NCBI GenBank assembly: GCA_023473795.1
Contig: JAMCYS010000041.1
Location: 14,370 to 78,369 of the forward strand
Direction: 5' to 3'
DNA from: Chloroflexota bacterium
GTDB lineage: Bacteria > Chloroflexota > UBA6077 > FW602-bin22 > JAMCYS01
DNA length: 64,000 nucleotides
In this document: in pieces, positions 48,656 to 56,311 of the stretch
Numbering within the stretch: the first letter of the stretch is position 1
How the letters are laid out: the number at the start of each line of letters is the position of its first letter
Notes under the pieces: model-generated
Told to the model about the DNA's origin: nothing
Database searches by the model: none
Seen by the model: the letters and a program-made list of their open reading frames with translations, nothing else
Program-made: the position numbers and the translations under genes

Positions 48656-50605
48656 TCACTTGACCTCCACAGGGCCGATCAGCACCCGATTGCCCAGCGT
48701 ACGGTTCTGCTCATCGAACGCGGCAGGCCGTTCCATCGTCTGGGCGTCATACAGCCCCAGCTCCACCTGGTACTCACCGGGCGCAGCATCCGCCTGGATG
48801 GGCAGACCGATTCGGTCCTCCACTTCTTTTCCGGGAAGCCAGGCGTTGGTTGGGGCCCCACCGCCGCCTGGCTCGCTGTCGCGTTGGCCCCAGATCTTTT
48901 CGTTCTGATCGAGAATGTGCACAAACACCTTGTACCTCGCGTCAATGGGTGCCGTCGCCTCCCAATACAGCGTCAGCGGCAGCACCTCCCCGGGCCGTCC
49001 GTAGCTAGCCTGCCAGGCGTAAGCCCGCAGGCGGATACTGTCGCCGAATCGCACGTCGAGCTGCCGCTGCTGACCAACCGTGCCAACTACGTAACGCACC
49101 AGCCGCACCCCCCCATACCAAGAGTTGATCGTTTTGTAGGTGTGGCTGTCCAGCCAGCTCTCCACCACGCGCCCCGGGTCGGCCTCCCCTTCTCCCCAGA
49201 AAATGGCCCAGATGTTCGGGTGCTTGCCCGCAGTTGCGGCCAGCGCCTCCTGGGTCTTGCCGGCAGGCATTCCCGCCCACTCCGGCAGCGGGTAGTACGC
49301 CTGGGGACCGCGGAAGTAATAGCGAAAGAGATCCACCTGGCCGGGTGCATCCAAGACGATGGCGTCCTCTGGCTTCGCGTTGGCGGCGACATAGCCCACG
49401 AGGCCACGGAAATCGTCCCGTTGCCAGCCCTCGGCATAGTAGAGAGACTGCAGAGAAGGATACAAAGGCCAGAGGGCGCACGATAGGACCGCCACGCTCA
49501 CCGCCACATTGCTCGCCAGGCCGAGGCTAAGCCGGTTGAATAGCCGGTCGGCCAGCAGGCCGAGGGCAGCCACCCCCGCCCCCAGCAGCAGATACAGGCC
49601 CGGCGACGCCTCCAGCATCAACCGCGCGACGTAGGCGGGCCGCTGGCTGCTGACAACCAGCATCGCCGCAACTGGCAGCGCCGCATAGAGGAAGGCGAGT
49701 GCACTGGCCTGCCAGCGCAAGCGGGCAGCCAGAGGGCTCGCCAGCAAACCCAAGACCAGCAGCACCAGCAACACGGACCGCAAGGCCACATTCGGCTCGG
49801 CCAGGTGGCCGACCGAGAAATCGTCTAGCATCCGCCAGAGCACGTCGACGGTGCTCGGCTGGGCCGCACCACGCCGGAACGAGTCAATCTGCCCGAAAGA
49901 CATGTTGAGCAGCCAGGGCAGGAACGCAAGGCCCACCGCGGCCTGCAAGGCGAGCCAGCCGAGCAGTTGCCTTGGCTGGCGCAGCCTGAGGAGCATCGTG
50001 CCGAGTACATGAACGGCCAGCACAAGCCCGGCGAGGTAGTGAGTGTAGAGACACACTACGCCAAGCGGCCCGTATAGAAACCAGCCAGCTCGGCGGTGAC
50101 GCCCAAGCCAGCCGCCGGGGCGAACGAGAAGGCGGAGCCAGACGAGCGTCCACAGAGAGGTCAGGCCCAGGAGCAGCGAATACATCCTGGCCTCCTGGCC
50201 ATAGTAGACCGCCACCGGGGCGACGGCCAGGAAGGCCGCCGCCGATAGCCCCGCGCCACGGCCAAACAGGAGCCGTCCCAGCCGGTAAAGGAGGCACACA
50301 GCGAGGACGCCGGAGGCCGCGGAGAGGAAGCGAGCGCTGAATTCCGAACTGCCGGCGAGACGGGTCCAGAAATGGAGAAGATAGTAGTAGACGGGCGGAT
50401 GGATATCCGCGAGGGCTGCCCTGGTGATGTCCGCTACACTCCGGCCAGCGAGATTCAGACTGATGCCTTCGTCGTACCACAGACTCTGAGCCGCCAACCG
50501 GTACAAACGCAGGCCGAGGGCCAGAGCGGCAAATCCTAGTGCCACCCCGTTCGCCAGGGCAGCGGAAACGTTACCGCCCTCCAGCCACTTGGCCGCCACT
50601 GCCAC
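48656..50605 (-). CDS. GT-C fold glycosyltransferase (PMT_2 / GT39-GT83-like), paralogue 1, with one C-terminal module
   Basis: LRLYRLAAQSLWYDEGISLNLA, DIHPPVYYYLLHFW, more than 10 TM segments. The C-terminal 134 aa form a soluble module (LTLYWEA...YKVFVHILD...PTNAW...GEYQVELGLYD). Confidence 0.8.
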   Translation of the reverse strand: MAVAAKWLEGGNVSAALANGVALGFAALALGLRLYRLAAQSLWYDEGISLNLAGRSVADITRAALADIHPPVYYYLLHFWTRLAGSSEFSARFLSAASGVLAVCLLYRLGRLLFGRGAGLSAAAFLAVAPVAVYYGQEARMYSLLLGLTSLWTLVWLRLLVRPGGWLGRHRRAGWFLYGPLGVVCLYTHYLAGLVLAVHVLGTMLLRLRQPRQLLGWLALQAAVGLAFLPWLLNMSFGQIDSFRRGAAQPSTVDVLWRMLDDFSVGHLAEPNVALRSVLLVLLVLGLLASPLAARLRWQASALAFLYAALPVAAMLVVSSQRPAYVARLMLEASPGLYLLLGAGVAALGLLADRLFNRLSLGLASNVAVSVAVLSCALWPLYPSLQSLYYAEGWQRDDFRGLVGYVAANAKPEDAIVLDAPGQVDLFRYYFRGPQAYYPLPEWAGMPAGKTQEALAATAGKHPNIWAIFWGEGEADPGRVVESWLDSHTYKTINSWYGGVRLVRYVVGTVGQQRQLDVRFGDSIRLRAYAWQASYGRPGEVLPLTLYWEATAPIDARYKVFVHILDQNEKIWGQRDSEPGGGGAPTNAWLPGKEVEDRIGLPIQADAAPGEYQVELGLYDAQTMERPAAFDEQNRTLGNRVLIGPVEVK

Positions 50606-50607
50606 GA

Positions 50608-52380
50608 CTATTTCCTCCTTGACAAGCGGACAACAACGAACATCGCGACCAGGCCGAGCCCCAGGCCGATCAGCAGCGGCAGAGGGCTGCGCTCGCTTTG
50701 CGCCTCTACCAGGAAACCGTCGATTGCCACACCCTGTCCAACCGTTACCACCTCAAGGTCGAACGCGTGCTCGCCCAACGAAAGTCCGCGCGCCAGCGGC
50801 AATAGTGCTTGCCATTCGTCGACCCGCGATTGCAGGTCCAGAGAAGCGCCTCCACCATCAGCGCGCAAAGGGCCATCCGTCGTGCTTGCCAGGCCGTCGA
50901 TCGTCACCCGCAGGCTGCCGGCACCCGGACCCCTCCTTGCCACCAAAGTCAGCTCGCTGCCCCAGAAGCGCCCGCTGACCCTGTCGCCGGGGCTAGCGGC
51001 CAATTCCAGGGCGCCGCCGGCCGCCAGGGATGAACCCTGGACGCTCCACTGGCCTGAGTAGTTCAGGGCCCGATTGTCTTCCTGCCGAAAGCCCGGGTAA
51101 AGCAAAGGCGGCGCCGAGGCGGCAGCTTTGAGGTCCTCGTAGACCGGATTAGCGGAGAAGTCGTCCCCAAGGATGCCGAAGTAGTAGGCCTGTTGAGAAG
51201 CTAGTCTGTTGTCTACCATGCGGAAGTGCCAGAGGAACATCGCCCCCAACCAGGGCCACTCGCGCAAGACCCGCTCGTAGCCACGTGCGGTGTAGGCACC
51301 CTGCTGGGCGAGAGTAGTGCGGCCGTATTCAGGCGGCAAGGGGTATTCCGGCGGCAGGGCGCACCAGCCGGTTTCCGATGCCCAAATAGGCTTGGCCGCG
51401 TCGCCGTATTGCACCATGATCTCCCGCGCCTGAATCGGCCGGGAGAAATTGGTGTCGTCGGCCGCGAGACTGCGATCGTCTGGCCCTGACCGCAGGCCGT
51501 AGGGATTGACAGAGGCGATGTCGAAGTAGTCCTTTGCCCCAGCCTCGTACATCTGGCGCAGATAGTCCAGGTCGCTCAAGTTCAGCGGGCCCTGCTCGAT
51601 GGTGGGGGCCAGGGCAGCCGCTATTACCACTGCCTGCGGGTCAGCCTCCTTGATCCGCTGGTAGGCAACTCTCAGTAGCCGAACATACTCGGCGGGGTCC
51701 ACCGGCTTTTGACCCCATTCGATCGTCAGGTTGGGCTCATTCCAGACCTGGTAATACTTTATCTGGCCGCGGTAGCGACTGGCCAGGGTGTAGACGAAGT
51801 CGCCGTAGTCCGCGAAGTCGGCCGGCGGGGAAGCGTGCCAGGTTTGGCCCGGCGGCAGCGCCCAGTCGGGCGGATAATCCACTCGGGCGACCATCTGCAG
51901 CCCGTACTCTTGCACTAGACGCACCAACCGGTCGAGGTTAGTCCAGCTGGATCGCTGCCAACGCTCGTCCCAGTAACTGTTCTTCTGCCCGCGCTCGAAC
52001 TCCTGCCAGGCCACCTGCTCGCGGATGAAGCCGAAACCAGCGCTCTTGATCGCCGCTAGGCTGAGGCGAATCTTGGTGTCCTCCACCTCCTGGTAGAGGA
52101 AGGTATTGACGCCGTAGGGGTTGCCGGAGGAGAAGTGAATGGGCACGAAATCAGCGGTGTTGGCTTGGGGCGGGTTGACCTGGCTCCAGGCAGCCAACAC
52201 ATCGTGCCGGGCAGTGCGCAGCAGGGGCGCCAGCTGACCGGCCAGCAAACCCAGTGTGACTAGCGCCAACACTAAGCACGAACCGAACCCGACTCCGAAA
52301 GCACGGGCAGTCGTTCGGCAAAGGACGCGCCAAGCTGATTCTATGGCGCCAACCTGGGCGTCAGAATGCCGGCCTGCCAC
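50608..52380 (-). CDS. Membrane-tethered clan GH-A glycoside hydrolase ((beta/alpha)8, GH5/GH39-like)
   Basis: N-terminal TM. IREQVAWQEFE, YYQVWNEPN (acid/base Glu in the NEP motif), IWASETGW (nucleophile Glu). There is a C-terminal beta-rich region and a terminal TM plus RRK tail. Confidence 0.7.
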   Translation of the reverse strand: MAGRHSDAQVGAIESAWRVLCRTTARAFGVGFGSCLVLALVTLGLLAGQLAPLLRTARHDVLAAWSQVNPPQANTADFVPIHFSSGNPYGVNTFLYQEVEDTKIRLSLAAIKSAGFGFIREQVAWQEFERGQKNSYWDERWQRSSWTNLDRLVRLVQEYGLQMVARVDYPPDWALPPGQTWHASPPADFADYGDFVYTLASRYRGQIKYYQVWNEPNLTIEWGQKPVDPAEYVRLLRVAYQRIKEADPQAVVIAAALAPTIEQGPLNLSDLDYLRQMYEAGAKDYFDIASVNPYGLRSGPDDRSLAADDTNFSRPIQAREIMVQYGDAAKPIWASETGWCALPPEYPLPPEYGRTTLAQQGAYTARGYERVLREWPWLGAMFLWHFRMVDNRLASQQAYYFGILGDDFSANPVYEDLKAAASAPPLLYPGFRQEDNRALNYSGQWSVQGSSLAAGGALELAASPGDRVSGRFWGSELTLVARRGPGAGSLRVTIDGLASTTDGPLRADGGGASLDLQSRVDEWQALLPLARGLSLGEHAFDLEVVTVGQGVAIDGFLVEAQSERSPLPLLIGLGLGLVAMFVVVRLSRRK

Positions 52381-52477
52381 TGAATCCCTCAGAAGATGTC
52401 CCCTTCATCGTTCCTCCCGCCTCGCCGGTGACTGTCGCTACGCACTCACGCCCCCCCAGCCAGGGAACGAACGGTCT

Positions 52478-53701
52478 TCAGACGACAGCCGCCGTCATGT
52501 CGGCATAGGACTCGGCCAGCATCGGGCTGAGCCAACGCCAATCATAGCGCTCTTCCATCAGTCGCCGTGCCGCTCCCAACATATGTCTGCAGTCGCGCTG
52601 CCCGGTAAGCACCTCGACCAGGCGATCGGCGAAGTCGGCCGGCGATTCCGCCACTAGATAGTGCCGACCCGGCTCGGCGGTCGTTCCCGCGCAGCCAAGA
52701 CCGGTGCTGACGACAGGTACGCCGCTAGCCATGGCTTCCAGCGCCTTGAGCCGCACGCCACCGCCGATACGCATCGGAATGGCATAGGCGGCGCTCGCCG
52801 CCAGGTACGGCCGCACGTCCGCTACCCCGCCCGTTATGACGACGCCCGGACGGTCCGCCAGTTTCAGTACCGCCGGCGACGGCTTTGCACCCACAACAGT
52901 GAACCGCGCCTCGGGCAGCCGGCGGCGCACGAGCGGCCAGACCTCGTCCACGAACCAGACGACCGCGTCCACGTTGGGGCGGAAACCCATCGTACCCGTG
53001 AAAACCACGTTGGGCGGCGGCAACGCGCTCGGCGGTCGAAAGGCAAAGTAAGCGCAGTCCACCCCATTGGGAATGGCCCTGGGGCGCACTCGCAAACCCA
53101 AACCGAGGAGCGCGGACGCGTCCTCCTCCGAGCAGGCTACAACGCTGCCGAAGGCCCGACACGCCCGCGCCTCGTAGCGCCACAACTTAGCGCTCTGCAG
53201 GAGAGAATAGGCCGCCCAGGTCCAGCGGGCAGGCTTGGCCAGGTCCGAGCGAAACGCCCGCCACTGCAACAAGAACTCGGCATTCTGCTCGTCCAGGAGC
53301 GAGAACGGCAGGGGCCTCACTCCACCAAGTCGGCTGCAAACCCGCAGCCAGGGCAGGGTCATCTCCAACCCTTCCACCTGCACCGCATCGAACCGCTCCG
53401 CCTTCAGCCAACCAGCCAGTGCCTCCTCCAACGCGGTGGAGCAGAGACGCAGAGCGAGGTCCGGCAGGGCGGTCGTGGCCAACTCGCCCAGCCGCACAGC
53501 GGTGGGCCGCGACGGCGGTGCCACTACCCGCACCTCGCGGCACAGGGAGCGTAGTTCCGGCGCCACCTCGGCACGGCTGTCGGAGGCAAGCAAACTCACT
53601 TCGTGTTCGCTGGCGAGCCAGCGCAAAAAGTACCAGGACCTTATTGTCACGCCTCGGCGTGGGGGGTAGGGTAGTTCTGGCGCCAGCAACAGCACCCTCA
53701 C
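52478..53701 (-). CDS. Glycosyltransferase family 4
   Basis: VRVLLLAPELPYPPRRG, FTGTMGFRPNVDA, YAIPMRIGGGVRLKALEAMASGVPVVST. GTG 53701 overlaps the upstream stop (GTGA). Confidence 0.85.
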   Translation of the reverse strand: MRVLLLAPELPYPPRRGVTIRSWYFLRWLASEHEVSLLASDSRAEVAPELRSLCREVRVVAPPSRPTAVRLGELATTALPDLALRLCSTALEEALAGWLKAERFDAVQVEGLEMTLPWLRVCSRLGGVRPLPFSLLDEQNAEFLLQWRAFRSDLAKPARWTWAAYSLLQSAKLWRYEARACRAFGSVVACSEEDASALLGLGLRVRPRAIPNGVDCAYFAFRPPSALPPPNVVFTGTMGFRPNVDAVVWFVDEVWPLVRRRLPEARFTVVGAKPSPAVLKLADRPGVVITGGVADVRPYLAASAAYAIPMRIGGGVRLKALEAMASGVPVVSTGLGCAGTTAEPGRHYLVAESPADFADRLVEVLTGQRDCRHMLGAARRLMEERYDWRWLSPMLAESYADMTAAVV

Positions 53702-54831
53702 GTCGTGCCCAGCGCCTCCCGGTACACCGCCAACGTTTCCTCCGCCGCTCGTCGCCACGAGAACTGGCGCGCTCGTTTAAATCCGCGGGCCGTCAGGTCC
53801 GACCGCAGCGCCTCATCCTCGACCACTTGAGCCAGGGCCGCACACCAGGCCTCGACGTCGGTTGGCGGCAGCAGCAAACCCGCGTCGCCCACCACTTCGG
53901 GGAGCGAGGAACAATCGGCTGCCAAGACCGGCGTGCCGCAGGCCATTGCCTCCAGAGGCGGTAGTCCGAAGCCCTCATAGAGAGAAGGATAGGCCAGCGC
54001 CAAGGCGCCGTTGTAGAGAAGCAGTAGATCCTCGGGCGTAGTCGCGCCCACGAAGCGCACGCGCCCCTTGAGCCCCAGCTCTCCAACCAGCCGGAAGACC
54101 CCTTCGTACAGCCAGCCGGGTTGGCCCACCACCACCAAATGCAGGTTCCGAAAACGCGGGTCTACACCCCTGGCGGCCGTGAGTTGGGCGAGCGCGCGCA
54201 GCAGCGTCTCCAGATTCTTGCGGGGCTCGATGGTGCTGACGAAGATCAAGTAGCCTGGGGTGATGCCGTGTCGGGCCAGGAGCGCTTCCGTCTTGTCGTC
54301 GTCCCGAAGAGGATGATACAGCGGAGCTGCCGCCTCGTACACCACCCGCACCTTCTCTGGGGGCACGGAAAGCAGCTCGCTGAGGTCCTTGGCCGTGTTG
54401 TTCGAAACGGCGATCACGCGGTCGGCACTGCGGCAGGCGGCGGCTATCTGGCCGTAGTAACCGCGGCTGGCCGCGGTCAGCACCCGCGGGAACTTGAGAA
54501 AAGCGAGGTCGTGCACCGTGATGACTGCCCGCCAGGTGCGGCGAAAGCAAGGTACGAAGTCAGGGCTATGCACTAGATCGGGGCGCAACGCCGCCATTTC
54601 CAGGGGCAGCGTCAACTGTTCCCAGCGATGGTGCGGCGGGGTGAAGAAACGGCTCTCGCTCAGCTGTGGGGCGACAGCCAGTCTGTGCTTGGCTCGACGA
54701 CTGCGGACGACGACGAAACTCTCCGTCGGCGCCAGCGCAGGCATCTCCTGCAATAGGCTAGTGGTGTAAGTAGTAATGCCAGCTCGCTGGTAGTCAGCCA
54801 GTCGAGCGTCGATCGCAATTCTAGCTGCCAA
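53698..54831 (-). CDS. Glycosyltransferase family 4
   Basis: RIAIDAR, IFVSTIEPRKN, AYPSLYEGFGLPPLEAMACGTPVLAADCSSLPEVVGDAG. Confidence 0.88.
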   Translation of the reverse strand: MAARIAIDARLADYQRAGITTYTTSLLQEMPALAPTESFVVVRSRRAKHRLAVAPQLSESRFFTPPHHRWEQLTLPLEMAALRPDLVHSPDFVPCFRRTWRAVITVHDLAFLKFPRVLTAASRGYYGQIAAACRSADRVIAVSNNTAKDLSELLSVPPEKVRVVYEAAAPLYHPLRDDDKTEALLARHGITPGYLIFVSTIEPRKNLETLLRALAQLTAARGVDPRFRNLHLVVVGQPGWLYEGVFRLVGELGLKGRVRFVGATTPEDLLLLYNGALALAYPSLYEGFGLPPLEAMACGTPVLAADCSSLPEVVGDAGLLLPPTDVEAWCAALAQVVEDEALRSDLTARGFKRARQFSWRRAAEETLAVYREALGTT

Positions 54832-56311
54832 ACGCGATAGCCTCCCCGGGCCGCTCGCGTTCCAGCCGTGCCAGCAGCACGGCCACTGCCGCGCACAACC
54901 AGAACAGGGTCAAAATGTGAGGCACCTTGATGTTCACGAAATGGTGATCGAAGACTCCCGCGACCAGCGCCCCGAAGACACAAGCCAAGCAGCTGAGGAT
55001 CAGACCGCCGGTGAGTTGGTCGCGAGCACGCCAGACAATGGGCAGGCAATAGGCGAACAAACCAACGATTGTCGCCAGGTAGGCCGCCAACCCCACGAGG
55101 CCGGTGTTTTCGGCAAGAAGCAGGTAGATATTGGAAACGCCGATATAGGTGTCGATCGACGGTGCGTTACCATACCCGACGCCAAGCCACGGATAGGCAG
55201 AAATTAGGGCCAGCGCATCCTTATACTCGCCCAATCGCATCTGCGTGGCCAAGTCCTGGGCCAGAAACCCGGCAAGCAGGTGACCGGTAAAGCTCTGCGT
55301 ACCGGGAACCACGCCCGCGAAGAGCAATAGAATCGCCGGCAGGATGACGAACCACAACCAGCGGTAGCGCACGGTCGCCACGAAGGCGATCCCTCCGGCG
55401 AGGCCCATCCAGGAGGACCGAGACAGCGAAAGCAGTAACGCCAGGCAAATGGGCCCGAGCGCCAATACTAGGAGCCAGCGGTTTGCCACCGGGCGCGGCG
55501 CCGGCACCTGAGTCGCCGCCAAGATGCCGCAGACCATCAGCAGGGCGCCGAAGAAGTTGGGGTCTATTGAGGTGCCCACCGCACGCACGCGGTCGCTCTC
55601 CGCCAGGTAGCGGATCACGTCGGCCCCGGTGGGATAGCCTATCGGCCCTAGCAAGGACAGTACCGAGATTGCCCGCTGCTCGGGCAGCAGGTAGATCAGC
55701 ACCCCCAGACATCCCGCCAGCGCCCCAGCGACGATCAGAGTAAGGACCAGCCAGCGCGCCTCGGTCACCTGGCGTAGTGTGTTCAAGGCCGCTAGGAAGA
55801 GCAGCGCGCTGGCGACGCTTCTCCCGTAGAGTCGCAAGTCCGAGATGCTGATGCCGTAGGGCAAGGCGTTGACGCAAGCGATCGCGGTGATAGCCAGAAA
55901 GATCAACAGCAAACCGCCTACCGGCGTGACGTGCAGACGCTGCTCCGGCGCCAGGAACAGGCGCAACAACCACAAGGCGAGGCTGAGCGTCAGTACGACA
56001 TCCAAGAAGGTGAACTGCACGCCGCCTACCGGCAGCGGCACGACGCCAAACGGCAAGAGAGTGACCACCAGCGCCGTCGCCAAGAACGTCGACCTTGGCT
56101 CGACAACCATCACGAGGAGAGCCAATGCAGCCAGGACGGCGCCGGCCGCGGGCAGCGGGGCCCGACCCACTGCCAGCCCCACCGCGAGCCCCAATCCCGT
56201 CAGACCCGCGCTCGCCGCGATTAGCCGCAGAGAGCGGCTCTCCCGCAGCGACTCGCTGAGCAGTCGCCAGGCGCTGCGGCCGTAAGTGGCGGCGGCCAGA
56301 AGCGCGCTCAA
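54821..56311 (-). CDS. O-antigen ligase/polymerase-like membrane protein (Wzy_C domain)
   Basis: About 12 TM segments and the LLLSLSRSSWMGLAGGIAFV loop typical of Wzy_C. Start set at TTG 56311, 6 nt after GGAGGT and overlapping the upstream stop (TTGA). Confidence 0.75.
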   Translation of the reverse strand: MSALLAAATYGRSAWRLLSESLRESRSLRLIAASAGLTGLGLAVGLAVGRAPLPAAGAVLAALALLVMVVEPRSTFLATALVVTLLPFGVVPLPVGGVQFTFLDVVLTLSLALWLLRLFLAPEQRLHVTPVGGLLLIFLAITAIACVNALPYGISISDLRLYGRSVASALLFLAALNTLRQVTEARWLVLTLIVAGALAGCLGVLIYLLPEQRAISVLSLLGPIGYPTGADVIRYLAESDRVRAVGTSIDPNFFGALLMVCGILAATQVPAPRPVANRWLLVLALGPICLALLLSLSRSSWMGLAGGIAFVATVRYRWLWFVILPAILLLFAGVVPGTQSFTGHLLAGFLAQDLATQMRLGEYKDALALISAYPWLGVGYGNAPSIDTYIGVSNIYLLLAENTGLVGLAAYLATIVGLFAYCLPIVWRARDQLTGGLILSCLACVFGALVAGVFDHHFVNIKVPHILTLFWLCAAVAVLLARLERERPGEAIAFGS

